From the IMG/VR virus record IMGVR_UViG_3300048906_000023, positions 1 to 48,014 of that record: 48,014 nt of DNA; one strand, written 5' to 3'. Origin of the DNA: a virus. A program made the translations under genes and the position numbers. The notes beneath the pieces are model-generated. The model saw only the letters and a list, made by a program, of their open reading frames with translations. It made no database searches and was not told where the DNA came from. Shown here in pieces: positions 34,970 through 44,300 of this stretch; position 1 is the stretch's first letter, and every line of letters starts with the position of its first letter.

Positions 34970-35193
34970 AGTGATTTCCTCAGACGTTGAACAGACGGGC
35001 GAACAGGGAGCGGCGCACAGCACGCACCGGAGCGGGACGCATCCACGATGCAGGCGCAGTAGCGGCGCGCGTGGACAACAGAGCGTTAGCGGCGGATTCA
35101 GAGCGGATCATGTGGCGTGTCTCGTGTGGGCTGCGGTGTGCTCATTCATATGCAGTAAGCATGCCAACCCAAATTCCTACGATTACGGTTATG

Positions 35194-35266
35194 AAGTGAC
35201 AATCCTTGTCACTTTCGTGCGACCAAAATCGTCACAGTGACAATTAACGTCACTTACGAGGTGACG
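35194..35266. promoter_or_regulatory. cluster of three GTGAC/GTCAC palindromes (operator or terminase/cos recognition candidate)
   Basis: AAGTGAC-N7-GTCACTT (35194-35214), GTCACAGTGAC (35231-35241) and CGTCAC-N7-GTGACG (35248-35266), in an AT-richer spacer between divergent units. Confidence 0.5.
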
Positions 35267-35433
35267 AAATTTGGTACTCGCAAATGTCGTACCATCCCCG
35301 CCATGCGCTGGAGAGTTCGCGTCGTAATCGAAACTATAGACCGCCCCTTCTCCCATTCGCAAAAAATTGCCCACCGTAATCGTTAGTACACTACGCGGTG
35401 TACTTTTCAAAATCCTGTAGAGTCGAAAGCACT

Positions 35434-35937
35434 ATGGCAACCCCAAACACCTCCAAAGTCACCGCTTACATCGAGGCCCGAATCGGCGGGGCCGAACCGC
35501 TCGCGGCCGCTCGCCTGGCCGGCTATGCCGAAGGCGCCGGTATCAAGGTAGTGGCGAGTCGCAACGAGAGCCGGGCCGATGTCCGCGAGGCGCTGCGCAA
35601 AGCCAAGAGGCAACCCGGCTCCGTCGTAACCGCAAAGCGCGGGCCGGGCCAGAAGAAACCGGCGCGCGTCGAGGTTCCGATCGGAATCAAGGACAAGTCG
35701 CTGGCTCCGTGGAAGCTGAAGGATCATTACGATTCTCCGCTCGACCTGTTGCAAGACGTCATGAACAACCCGGATGCGCCAGGCGGCCTCCGCATCCAAT
35801 GCGCGAAGGACGCCATGCCGTATTGCCACGCCCGTAAGGAGGGCGGCAAGACGGAAGAGAAGGAACGGGCCGGCAAGAAGCCAGGCGGGAAGTTCCCGAC
35901 CATGGACGCGCCGAGCCACTTGCGTCGGGCGGCCTAA
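35434..35937 (+). CDS. terS: terminase small subunit
   Basis: N-terminal HTH-like AAARLAGYAEGAG, C-terminal AKDAMPYCHARK pattern, position directly upstream of terL. Confidence 0.65.
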   Translation: MATPNTSKVTAYIEARIGGAEPLAAARLAGYAEGAGIKVVASRNESRADVREALRKAKRQPGSVVTAKRGPGQKKPARVEVPIGIKDKSLAPWKLKDHYDSPLDLLQDVMNNPDAPGGLRIQCAKDAMPYCHARKEGGKTEEKERAGKKPGGKFPTMDAPSHLRRAA

Positions 35938-35940
35938 CCG

Positions 35941-37815
35941 ATGGCTGCAGCCGTCAAGAAGACTGCGCCGCCGAAGGTGGTAGCGCGCAAGGTGCCCGCC
36001 AAGAAGGTCGCCGGTAACCCCAAGAAGACGCCGGCCGCTCGGCGCCCGCGGGATCGTGAGGCCGTGGACATCGGCCAGCAGGCTCCGCTCAAGCTCGTGC
36101 GTCCGACGTGGACGACAGCGTGCCCCGACTGGCAGGAACGCATCGTCAACGACCAGACGATGACGCCTTGCGCGCCGCTGTTTCCCACGGCCGCGGCGAA
36201 GGGCATGGCGATCTTCGACGAACTCAACATCGTTGACGCGGGGATCAAGTTCGGCCAGTGCCGTCCGTGGTTCCGCGAGTTCGCGGAGCAACTTTATGGG
36301 GCGTACTGCGACGTGCCAGGACACCCGGACGAAGGGCGCCGGCTGATTCGCACGTTCTTCATGCTGATCCCCAAGAAGAACGCGAAGTCCACGCTCGCGG
36401 CCGGGATCATGCTGACGGCGATTCTGTTGAACTGGCGGCCGGAGGCGGAATACATCATCCTGTCTCCGACGAAGGAAGTCGCTGAAAATTCGTGGAAGCC
36501 GCTGCTCGCTGCCATCGAGTCCGACGATGAACTCAGCGCGAAATTCAAAATTCAGAAGGCGCAGAAGATCGTCACGCACATCGGGACGAACTCCACGCTC
36601 AAGGTCGTGGCCGCGGACAGCGCTACGGTCGTCGGCAAGAAGGCCACGGGCGTGTTCGTGGACGAGCTGCACGAGTTCGGCAAGGTGGCGAAGGCCGAGG
36701 ACATGCTGCTAGAGGCTACCGGCGGCCTGATGAGCCGCCCTGAGGGCTTCGTGATCTATGCCACCACGCAGTCGTCCGAGCCGCCCGCGGGCGTGTTCAA
36801 GAAGGAACTGAGCTACGCACGCAAGGTGCGCGACGGTGCGGCCAACGATCCGACGTATCTCCCCATCATTTACGAATTTCCGGACTCGTATCTCGCAAAA
36901 CCTGCGAAGCTGTACACGCTGCCTCAAAATTGGCACATCGTGAACCCAAATTTGGGAGCCACGGTTGACGTCGAAATCTTGACGCAAAAGATCAGCAAAG
37001 CCGGACAAGACGGCGAAGATTCGATCCAAGGTGTCTATTCGAAGCACCTAAACGTCCAAATCGGCCTCGATCTAGGCGCTGACGCGTGGCCTGCGGCTCA
37101 ATTGTGGGAAGAGAACCGGCATAGCTACGTTCGCACCCTCAAGGAGCTGCAGGAGGTATCGGAAGTCGTTACCGCGGGCATCGACGGCGGCGGCCTCGAC
37201 GACTTGTTGGCTCTCACGTTCGTGGGGCGGCTCAAGAAGGGGCACGAGTCGCAGCCCGATCGTTACGTGAGCTGGTCACACTGCTGGGCCAACGAAATCG
37301 TGCTGAAGCGCCGGCCTGAGATTGCCGATCGGCTCCGTGACTTCGAGCGCGAGGGCCACCTGACGATTCCCACGGTCATCGGAGAGGACGTCAAGCAGTT
37401 GGCAGAACTCGTAAAGGGTGTCCACGCCACCGACCTACTCGCGGGCGTGGGGATCGACCCGGCCCGCATCGCGAGCCTGCTTACCGCGCTGGAGGACGCC
37501 GGGATTCCGACCCACGACACCGAGTTCGTGGTGAAGGTGCGCCAGGGCTGGTCGCTCTACTCGGCCATGCTGTGGATGGAGCGCGCGCTAGGCGAGGGGC
37601 GCTTCTACCACGCCGGACAGCCGATCGTCGATTGGGCCGTGGGCAACGCGAAGGTGATCCCCCGCGGCAACGCCATGCTCGTTACCAAGGAAATCTCAGG
37701 CAAAGCCAAGATCGACCCTGTCATGTCGAACTTCAACGCTTCGGAGCTGATGAGCCATAATCCCGCGAGCAGAACCGGGGGCTATTCCCTAGACAAGCTC
37801 ACGATGATGGGGTAA
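35941..37815 (+). CDS. terL: terminase large subunit (HK97/Terminase_1 type)
   Basis: Walker A-like IPKKNAKST, Walker B VFVDELHEF, 624 aa. Confidence 0.9.
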   Translation: MAAAVKKTAPPKVVARKVPAKKVAGNPKKTPAARRPRDREAVDIGQQAPLKLVRPTWTTACPDWQERIVNDQTMTPCAPLFPTAAAKGMAIFDELNIVDAGIKFGQCRPWFREFAEQLYGAYCDVPGHPDEGRRLIRTFFMLIPKKNAKSTLAAGIMLTAILLNWRPEAEYIILSPTKEVAENSWKPLLAAIESDDELSAKFKIQKAQKIVTHIGTNSTLKVVAADSATVVGKKATGVFVDELHEFGKVAKAEDMLLEATGGLMSRPEGFVIYATTQSSEPPAGVFKKELSYARKVRDGAANDPTYLPIIYEFPDSYLAKPAKLYTLPQNWHIVNPNLGATVDVEILTQKISKAGQDGEDSIQGVYSKHLNVQIGLDLGADAWPAAQLWEENRHSYVRTLKELQEVSEVVTAGIDGGGLDDLLALTFVGRLKKGHESQPDRYVSWSHCWANEIVLKRRPEIADRLRDFEREGHLTIPTVIGEDVKQLAELVKGVHATDLLAGVGIDPARIASLLTALEDAGIPTHDTEFVVKVRQGWSLYSAMLWMERALGEGRFYHAGQPIVDWAVGNAKVIPRGNAMLVTKEISGKAKIDPVMSNFNASELMSHNPASRTGGYSLDKLTMMG

Positions 37816-37820
37816 CGATT

Positions 37821-39026
37821 ATGGCGATGATCCTCGGCGGATTGTGGAACCGCATCAAGGGCGGATGGAAGACCATCGGCGCGATGCCGGGCGATGGCGC
37901 TTTCGCTTCCGGCGACGGCGACTGGCGGCCCGACGTCGTCGGCGTCAACAACGCGATGCGTCTGTCGGCCTATTTCGCTTGCGTGCGGCTGCTGTCCGAA
38001 ACCATGGGGTCGCTCTCGTTGGAGCTGACCGATCGCCAGAACAATCCGGTACTGCAGCACGACCTATACGGCCTGATGGACGCGCCGAACCCCTGGCAGA
38101 CCGGCGACAGTCTCGTGGGTGCGATGGCTGCGAATCGCGCGGTCTACGGCAACGGCCTGGCGCACATCAAGCGCTTCAAGACTGGCGCCACGCAGGCTTA
38201 CGAGTTGGACTTCTACGCGACGGACAAATGGGAAATCGACTGCGACTTGCAAGGCCGTCCAACGTTCAAGATCAACGGCGAGGAAGTGCCTTACGGTGAC
38301 GTGCTGCATTGGCCCTCGATGTCGCTCAACGGATATTGGGGTGTCCCCACGCTCGCGGCGGCCGTGGAAGTCCTGGCGATGCAGACGGAGTCCAACCGCA
38401 GCGCTGGCCGCACGTTCGCGAATGGCCTGCGGGCCGGCGGGTTCTTCGAAATGCCGGTCGAGCGCCAGGCGTTCAACGACGCACAGTTGGACAAGTGGAA
38501 GATCGAACTCGCCAAGATGGCGTTGCCGCAGAACACGTCGAAATGGCTCACGATGCTGCCCGGCATGAAGGCCGTGGCGAACACGGGCTTTCGCATCGAT
38601 CCGGTGACGGCCGAACTGCTGCAGTCGCGCTATTTCGGCATCGAAGAAATCTGCCGGTTCATGGGCGTGCCCCCGCCGCTGATCGGCCACACGGACAAGG
38701 CATCGAGCTGGGCCAGCTCGCTCGACTCGCTCAACCAATTCCTCGTCACGTATACCGTGCTCCCGCAGGCCATCCGGCTGGAGAACGAAATCAAGCGCAA
38801 GCTGCTCGGTCGTAACCATCAAGGGCAACTCAAGGTCAAGTTCAACATGGACAGCCTGCTGCGCACCGACATCGCCAAGCGCTTCGAGACTTACAACACG
38901 GGCATTCCGAACGGTGTCCTCAGCCCGAACGAAGCGCGGGCCACCGAAGGACTTCCGCCGCGACCGGGCGGTGACGAATTTGCCAAGCCCGCCCCGAAAA
39001 CCACGCCTCAAGGAGCACCGAAATGA
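37821..39026 (+). CDS. portal protein (HK97 family)
   Basis: 401 aa, YFACVRLLSETMGSLSLEL motif, position after terL. Confidence 0.85.
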   Translation: MAMILGGLWNRIKGGWKTIGAMPGDGAFASGDGDWRPDVVGVNNAMRLSAYFACVRLLSETMGSLSLELTDRQNNPVLQHDLYGLMDAPNPWQTGDSLVGAMAANRAVYGNGLAHIKRFKTGATQAYELDFYATDKWEIDCDLQGRPTFKINGEEVPYGDVLHWPSMSLNGYWGVPTLAAAVEVLAMQTESNRSAGRTFANGLRAGGFFEMPVERQAFNDAQLDKWKIELAKMALPQNTSKWLTMLPGMKAVANTGFRIDPVTAELLQSRYFGIEEICRFMGVPPPLIGHTDKASSWASSLDSLNQFLVTYTVLPQAIRLENEIKRKLLGRNHQGQLKVKFNMDSLLRTDIAKRFETYNTGIPNGVLSPNEARATEGLPPRPGGDEFAKPAPKTTPQGAPK

Positions 39027-39712
39027 GCCGACTGATTCAACTGGACGACAGCCGCGTGGGCAAGAGCATCACGCGCGATTACACCTTCGTGATGGAAAAG
39101 GCCGTCGGTGAATCCGGCGTGTTCGAAGGCTACGCGAGCACCTTCGGCAACGAGGACTCGTATGGCGACACGATCGTTAAGGGCGCGTTCACCGCGGGCC
39201 TCAAGAAGTTGAAGGACAACAACCAGAAACTCAAGATGCTGTGGAACCACGATCGTCAGCAGCCGATCGGCGTGTTCACCGCGGCGTCCGAGGACAAATC
39301 GGGCCTCTACGTCAAGGGCAAGCTCACGAAGGGAGTACAGAAGGCCGACGAGGTGCTGCTGCTGATGCACGACGGCGCCATCGACTCGATGAGCATCGGC
39401 GGCTACGTCGTTAAGGAGCTGTTCGACAACAAGACGGGTAAGTCGGAGCTGCAGGAAATCGAGCTGCGCGAAATCTCGCCCGTCACCTTTCCTGCGAACA
39501 CGCAGGCTCGCATCAACACCGTCAAGTCCATCGAGGCTTTCGGTATGATGTCGGAACTGGAGGCCCACTTGCGCGATGTCGGGGGGTTCTCGGTGAAGGA
39601 GGCCAAAGCGCTCATCGCGAAGGCCAAGGGGCTGGTTCCGCAGCGTGATGTTGCGGCTGAAGCTGCCGAAATTCTCCGTCAAGCCATCAACAATCTGAAA
39701 CTCACCAAGTGA
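39023..39712 (+). CDS. prohead maturation protease (HK97 / S78 family)
   Basis: GYASTFGNEDSYGDTIVKGAF motif; ATGA coupling to the portal gene. Confidence 0.85.
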   Translation: MSRLIQLDDSRVGKSITRDYTFVMEKAVGESGVFEGYASTFGNEDSYGDTIVKGAFTAGLKKLKDNNQKLKMLWNHDRQQPIGVFTAASEDKSGLYVKGKLTKGVQKADEVLLLMHDGAIDSMSIGGYVVKELFDNKTGKSELQEIELREISPVTFPANTQARINTVKSIEAFGMMSELEAHLRDVGGFSVKEAKALIAKAKGLVPQRDVAAEAAEILRQAINNLKLTK

Positions 39713-39724
39713 AGGAGCACCACC

Positions 39725-40981
39725 ATGGAACTCGCTGAAGTTCAAGACATCGCCAAGAAGCTGAGCGACACGAACGCCGAGCTGCGCAAGCAGCAGACGG
39801 AACTCGTCGAGGCGCACAAGATCACCATGAAGGCGGTCGAGGACGTCAAGACGCTGGACAAGACCCACGCCGACAACATCGACAAGGCGCTGACCAAGGC
39901 CAACGAGACGGGCCTGCAGGTCAAGGAGCTGGCGCAACAGCTCGACGAAGCGCTCAAGAAGATGAAGGAAGCGCCCGTCGGCCCCGTCACGCTCAAGATG
40001 GAGCTGTCGAAGTCGATGGAGTCGGACGCGAACAAGGCCATGCAGCAACGCATCGCCAATCGCGAAGGCCCCGGCTCGCTGCGCCTGACCGCCAAGGCCA
40101 CGATCGGCATGGCGGCCACTGCCACGATCGCCGCGCGCCCGTACACGGACGACATCGTCAACCTGACGCGTCAGCCGCTGCGCATCCGCGACCTGTTGCC
40201 GGTCGTTCCGGTCGTCACCGAGAGCATCCGCTACGCGGTGCAGAACGTCCGCAACAACAACGCGGCCATCGTCGCGGAAGGTGCCTCGAAGCCGTACAGC
40301 GACTACGGCTGGACGGAAGCGACGATGATCGTCCAGGTGATCGCGCACCTGGCGAAGCTGTCGCTGCAGGCCATCGCCGACGTGCCGCGCCTGGTCGCGG
40401 AAGTCGAGAACGAGATGCGCTACGGCCTGGGCCTGAAGGAAGAGAGCGAACTGCTCAACGGCACCAGCACCACCGCTGGCGGCCAGGCCGGGCACTTCAA
40501 CGGCCTGCTGGCGAACGCAACCCAGTTCGCGATGCCCGCGGGCGTGGACACCTCGCTGGTCATCAACCAGCTCGATCGCCTGCGCATCGCACAGCTCGTC
40601 CTGCAGCTCGCCTACGCGCCGGCCGACGGCCAGGTGCTCAACCCGATCGACGTCGCGAACCTGGAACTCGTGCGCCGTGACCCGGATCGTGGCGGCGGCT
40701 ACATCTTCGGCAACCCCGACCAACAGCGTTCGATCGTGACGCTGTGGGGCGTGCCGACGGTGCAGACCCCGGCCATGGCGGTGGGCAACTACCTGATGGG
40801 CAATTTCGCGATCGCCGCGACGATCTACCAGCGCGAGGGCGTCACGGCGCTCATTTCGACGGAGAACGCCGACGACTTCGAAAAGAACCTGGCGACGATG
40901 CGCGTGGAAGAACGTCTCGGCCTGGCGGTGCGCCGTCCGTGGGCGCTGGTCAAGGGTGCGCTGGGTTCCGAAGGTTCCTGA
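39725..40981 (+). CDS. major capsid protein (HK97 fold)
   Basis: 418 aa with an N-terminal coiled-coil delta-like region. Strong RBS AAGGAGCACCACCATG. Position after the protease. Confidence 0.9.
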   Translation: MELAEVQDIAKKLSDTNAELRKQQTELVEAHKITMKAVEDVKTLDKTHADNIDKALTKANETGLQVKELAQQLDEALKKMKEAPVGPVTLKMELSKSMESDANKAMQQRIANREGPGSLRLTAKATIGMAATATIAARPYTDDIVNLTRQPLRIRDLLPVVPVVTESIRYAVQNVRNNNAAIVAEGASKPYSDYGWTEATMIVQVIAHLAKLSLQAIADVPRLVAEVENEMRYGLGLKEESELLNGTSTTAGGQAGHFNGLLANATQFAMPAGVDTSLVINQLDRLRIAQLVLQLAYAPADGQVLNPIDVANLELVRRDPDRGGGYIFGNPDQQRSIVTLWGVPTVQTPAMAVGNYLMGNFAIAATIYQREGVTALISTENADDFEKNLATMRVEERLGLAVRRPWALVKGALGSEGS

Positions 40982-41008
40982 TCCCCGCGGCTGAGGCCGC
41001 TGCAAACG

Positions 41009-41045
41009 AAAGCCCCGTCGTAACTGGCGGGGCTTTTTCTTTTCC
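41009..41045 (+). terminator. rho-independent terminator after the capsid gene
   Basis: AAAGCCCCG-tcgtaactgg-CGGGGCTTT followed by TTCTTTT. Confidence 0.75.
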
Positions 41046-41082
41046 GGTGTACACTTTCGTAATCGTAACCAGTGAGGTGAGA

Positions 41083-42429
41083 ATGGAAGTAACGATCGAC
41101 GGTGTCCGGTACGTTCCGGTTACGGGGAGCGTCGTCGCTCTCACAGTTCTTGTTCCGTCGGTGTCCACGCGCCGCGCAACGTTCGCTCCCAAGATCGCAG
41201 AAAGCCTATTCGGCCAGCATGAACGCCTCGTCCCTGAGCTGGGCGAGCGCGTGGAAATCCTGATCGTCACCGACACCGGTCGCAGCGGCGGCATGCTGAT
41301 AGGCGACAAGCGCAACGCGATGCTGCGCATGGCCCGTGGCGAGTACGTGGTGTTCGTGGACGATGACGACCGTGTCGCCGACGACTACCTCAGCACGCTG
41401 CTGGCGGCCACGAGCACGGGCGACGACTGCATCACGTTCGACTGTAGCGTGAGCCTCAACGGTGCCCCGCCCCGCACGTGCCATTACGACCTGAAATACG
41501 AGCGGGACGCGAACGTCGGAGAGCATTACGAGCGCCTGCCGAACCACATCACGGCGGTGAAACGGATGCTCGCGCTGTCCTGCGGATTCCCGTCCAAGCA
41601 ATGCGGCGAGGACAGCGACTACGCGGCCCGCCTGCGTCCCATGCTGCGCACGCAGCATCGCATCCCGCGAACGCTCTATTTCTACGATTCCAACAGTGCC
41701 ACGACGGAAACGCAGGGCCGCGCAGTCGCGACGTCGCCGATCGTGGACGTCGTAATTCTCTCGAAGGCTGCGAGCACCGAGCTGCGAGCGATGTGCCAAG
41801 ACGCGATCGACACGTGCATTGCCGGCGCGGGACGTGGGCAAGTCAACATCATCGTGGTGGAGCAAATCGAGGGCACGAAATACAACGGTGCAAACGAAAT
41901 TTTGTACGCGCCCGGAAATTTCAACTACAACAAATTTGCGAATCGTGGTGCCACGGCCGGTAAGGCTCCGTGGATCATGGTCGCGAACAGCGATTTGCAG
42001 TTCGCTGGAGGCTGGCTTGAGGCTCTGCTCGCCGCCAATCGCGATTGCGTGTCGCCGGTTGATCCGACGCACACGACGCAGCGCAACGTCCGCCATAACG
42101 AGGCTGGATGGCAGAACGGGCACCATTTCTCAGGTTGGTGCTTCATGGTGCGCCGAACGCTGTGGCAGTCCATCAACGGTTTCGACGACTGCGTGAGCTA
42201 TTGGTGTAGCGATGACGTCGTCATCGAGCAGTGTCGCCAAGTCGGCGTCATGCCGATGGTGGTTGCAGCCGCACGCGTGCGCCACCTCGGAAGCCGCACG
42301 CTGCGCGTCCCCAGCGATGATGAATCGTGGGGCCAGGTGATGATCTTCAATCAGAAATACAAGAAGGATCGTTTCTCCAACGATTCGCGTTTTCGCGCAT
42401 TCCTGCGCAAGAAAGGTGCCCTCGCATGA
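41083..42429 (+). CDS. two-domain glycosyltransferase (GT-A/GT2-like halves)
   Basis: Inner ATG of ORF 40744..42429. First half: LTVLVPSVS...EYVVFVDDDD (DxD). Second half: VDVVILSK...IMVANSDLQF. Confidence 0.7.
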   Translation: MEVTIDGVRYVPVTGSVVALTVLVPSVSTRRATFAPKIAESLFGQHERLVPELGERVEILIVTDTGRSGGMLIGDKRNAMLRMARGEYVVFVDDDDRVADDYLSTLLAATSTGDDCITFDCSVSLNGAPPRTCHYDLKYERDANVGEHYERLPNHITAVKRMLALSCGFPSKQCGEDSDYAARLRPMLRTQHRIPRTLYFYDSNSATTETQGRAVATSPIVDVVILSKAASTELRAMCQDAIDTCIAGAGRGQVNIIVVEQIEGTKYNGANEILYAPGNFNYNKFANRGATAGKAPWIMVANSDLQFAGGWLEALLAANRDCVSPVDPTHTTQRNVRHNEAGWQNGHHFSGWCFMVRRTLWQSINGFDDCVSYWCSDDVVIEQCRQVGVMPMVVAAARVRHLGSRTLRVPSDDESWGQVMIFNQKYKKDRFSNDSRFRAFLRKKGALA

Positions 42430-43037
42430 ACGTCATTCTCGTAAGCCATCCGAGCCGTCTCAACTACGTGGAGCAGTTGCAGCGCGTCATCCCCGTTGTC
42501 ACGACCGTGATCGATACCGTCAGCGCGTGGAGCGGCCACCTCATGGCTCTGCGCCTGGCGCTCGCGCATCAAAGCCGCGTGGTCATCATGGAGGACGATG
42601 CGATCCCTGTCGTCGGTTTCGAGAGGCTGGCGAAAGAGTGGGCCGACTTGCATCCGGACAACATGCTGTCGTTCTATCTCGGCACGTCGCGCCCTGCGGA
42701 CTTTCAACCGCTGGTGGACGAGCGGATGCGTATCGCCGACTTGCAAGGCCGACGCGAGTTGCAAATGCCCACGCTGCTGCACGGCGTGTGCTACTCGATC
42801 CCCACGCACGAACTTCCGCGTGTGGTCGCAGCGCTGGAGAAGCCGGGCCGCCAGCGCGAAGCTGATTACGCCGTGGGCGCGGCGTGGGGGCGATCGGTGG
42901 TCTACCCGATAGAATCCCTCGTACAGCACCGCGACGGTGCTCCGGTGGAGCGACACCCTGACGGGAAGCCACGCACCGAACCACGCGTCGCCCGACGTCT
43001 CGCCGGCCCGCTGATGTTCAACCCACTGGAGAAATGA
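42426..43037 (+). CDS. glycosyltransferase-like protein (GT25-like, tentative)
   Basis: ATGA coupling to the upstream gene. Motifs VILVSHPSRLNY...SGHLMAL...VVIMEDDAIPV. Confidence 0.5.
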   Translation: MNVILVSHPSRLNYVEQLQRVIPVVTTVIDTVSAWSGHLMALRLALAHQSRVVIMEDDAIPVVGFERLAKEWADLHPDNMLSFYLGTSRPADFQPLVDERMRIADLQGRRELQMPTLLHGVCYSIPTHELPRVVAALEKPGRQREADYAVGAAWGRSVVYPIESLVQHRDGAPVERHPDGKPRTEPRVARRLAGPLMFNPLEK

Positions 43038-43038
43038 A

Positions 43039-43416
43039 ATGGAAGCACTGTCCGGATTCGCAGTCATGGTGATCGCCGTAATGGCGGTCGTAATCGTCAT
43101 CATGGGCCTGGCGCTGTGGAAGCATCGCACGCCCGCGCAGGAGTTCCGCGCTGTCGGCGCGTGGGCAAAAGAGGAAGTCGAGCAGGCCGGCGACTGGCTC
43201 AAGAAGACCGAGCCGTCAGCACTCTCCGAAGCCGAGAAGCTGTTGGAGCGCGCACAGGCGTGGCTGACCGACACCACCAAGCAGGACGAGAAGATCGCCG
43301 AGCACCGTGATGCGATCGTCGCGCTGGAGGCTGAGAAGGCTCAACGCGCTGCGATGCTCAAGTTGCACGTAGAGAAGCTGCAGGCCCTCAGCACGCCGCC
43401 GGCTGCTAGTTCGTAA
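43039..43416 (+). CDS. membrane-anchored coiled-coil protein (125 aa)
   Basis: N-terminal TM FAVMVIAVMAVVIVIMGLAL followed by charged helical sequence. Confidence 0.6.
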   Translation: MEALSGFAVMVIAVMAVVIVIMGLALWKHRTPAQEFRAVGAWAKEEVEQAGDWLKKTEPSALSEAEKLLERAQAWLTDTTKQDEKIAEHRDAIVALEAEKAQRAAMLKLHVEKLQALSTPPAASS

Positions 43417-43434
43417 CCGTAAGGAGTCGTCATC

Positions 43435-43944
43435 ATGACTTTCGATCTTGCCACCGCTCGTAGGTATCTCAAGGCCGATGGCCCGGATGACGACGTCATC
43501 ACGAACATGCTTTCGCAGGTGCAAGCGATTTGCGAGGGCTATTGCAATCGCCGCTTCTACGCCACGGAGCAGGCGATGTCCGACGATTTCATCGAAGCGC
43601 TCACCGATCGTGCGGACGCACTCGCCGCCCGCGCGACGCAGCTTTCGGCAATCGTAGGAAGCGACGCCGACTCGATGGGAACCCGCGGCCTGATCCGCGA
43701 CCATTACATTGAAGTGCTCGGCCGGATCAGCCAGCGCATCCACGGCATTCCGATCGATTCGGATGTGGAGGCCGCGATGTTCCTCACGCTGGGCCACCTG
43801 TACGTCAACCGGGAAGACAACGTCGTCAGCGGCAACAACGCGGTGCAGCTTCCGGTCGGAGCGCAGCGCATCCTGCAGCCCAAGCTGTGGATCGGCGACC
43901 TGGCCGACGATTCCAGCGGCGACGTGTACCCCTGTGGGAGCTGA
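43435..43944 (+). CDS. head-tail connector (gp6-like)
   Basis: The N-terminus MTFDLATARRYLKADGPDDDVITNMLSQV...CEGYCNRRFY is typical of Phage_connect_1. RBS is TAAGGAG. Confidence 0.75.
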   Translation: MTFDLATARRYLKADGPDDDVITNMLSQVQAICEGYCNRRFYATEQAMSDDFIEALTDRADALAARATQLSAIVGSDADSMGTRGLIRDHYIEVLGRISQRIHGIPIDSDVEAAMFLTLGHLYVNREDNVVSGNNAVQLPVGAQRILQPKLWIGDLADDSSGDVYPCGS

Positions 43945-43946
43945 CC

Positions 43947-44300
43947 ATGCCGCAACAAGGCTACAAGACGCGTCAAATCGAGCTGTGGGTTCCGATCACC
44001 GCGCTCGATGGTGCCAACGAGCCCGTGGGCGACGATCCGTGGAGCCTGTACGCCACGCGCTGGGCGGAACCCAAGGGTGAGACGGGCATGGGGTCGATTC
44101 GATCGGCAGCGAGCGCGGGCGGCGTCAATACGCCCCTCAATCGCTACTCGTTCCGCATCAATTACGACCGCACCGTCAACACCACGATGCAGGTTCGCAC
44201 CACGGAAGGCGACCGCATGAACGTCGTAAGCGTTCTCCACGACCTGGCGCGTCGCACGTACACCGACGTCGTGTGCGAACTCGGTGGTTCGAATGGCTAG
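43947..44300 (+). CDS. head-tail adaptor / head closure protein
   Basis: Inner ATG of ORF 43887..44300. Size, order and the ...YKTRQIELW... pattern fit. Confidence 0.65.
   Translation: MPQQGYKTRQIELWVPITALDGANEPVGDDPWSLYATRWAEPKGETGMGSIRSAASAGGVNTPLNRYSFRINYDRTVNTTMQVRTTEGDRMNVVSVLHDLARRTYTDVVCELGGSNG

Noticed and set aside
34980-35111. A 43-aa minus-strand ORF (MIRSESAANALLSTRAATAPASW...) upstream of the 49-aa ORF.
   Set aside because: It has no RBS and an Ala/Arg-rich composition, and it lies in the probable leader or promoter region. There is not enough support to list it as a feature.
35191-35199. ATG-AAG-TGA mini-ORF considered as a gene.
   Set aside because: At two sense codons it cannot be called a protein-coding gene. 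It is kept only as part of the conserved ACGGTTATG context observation.
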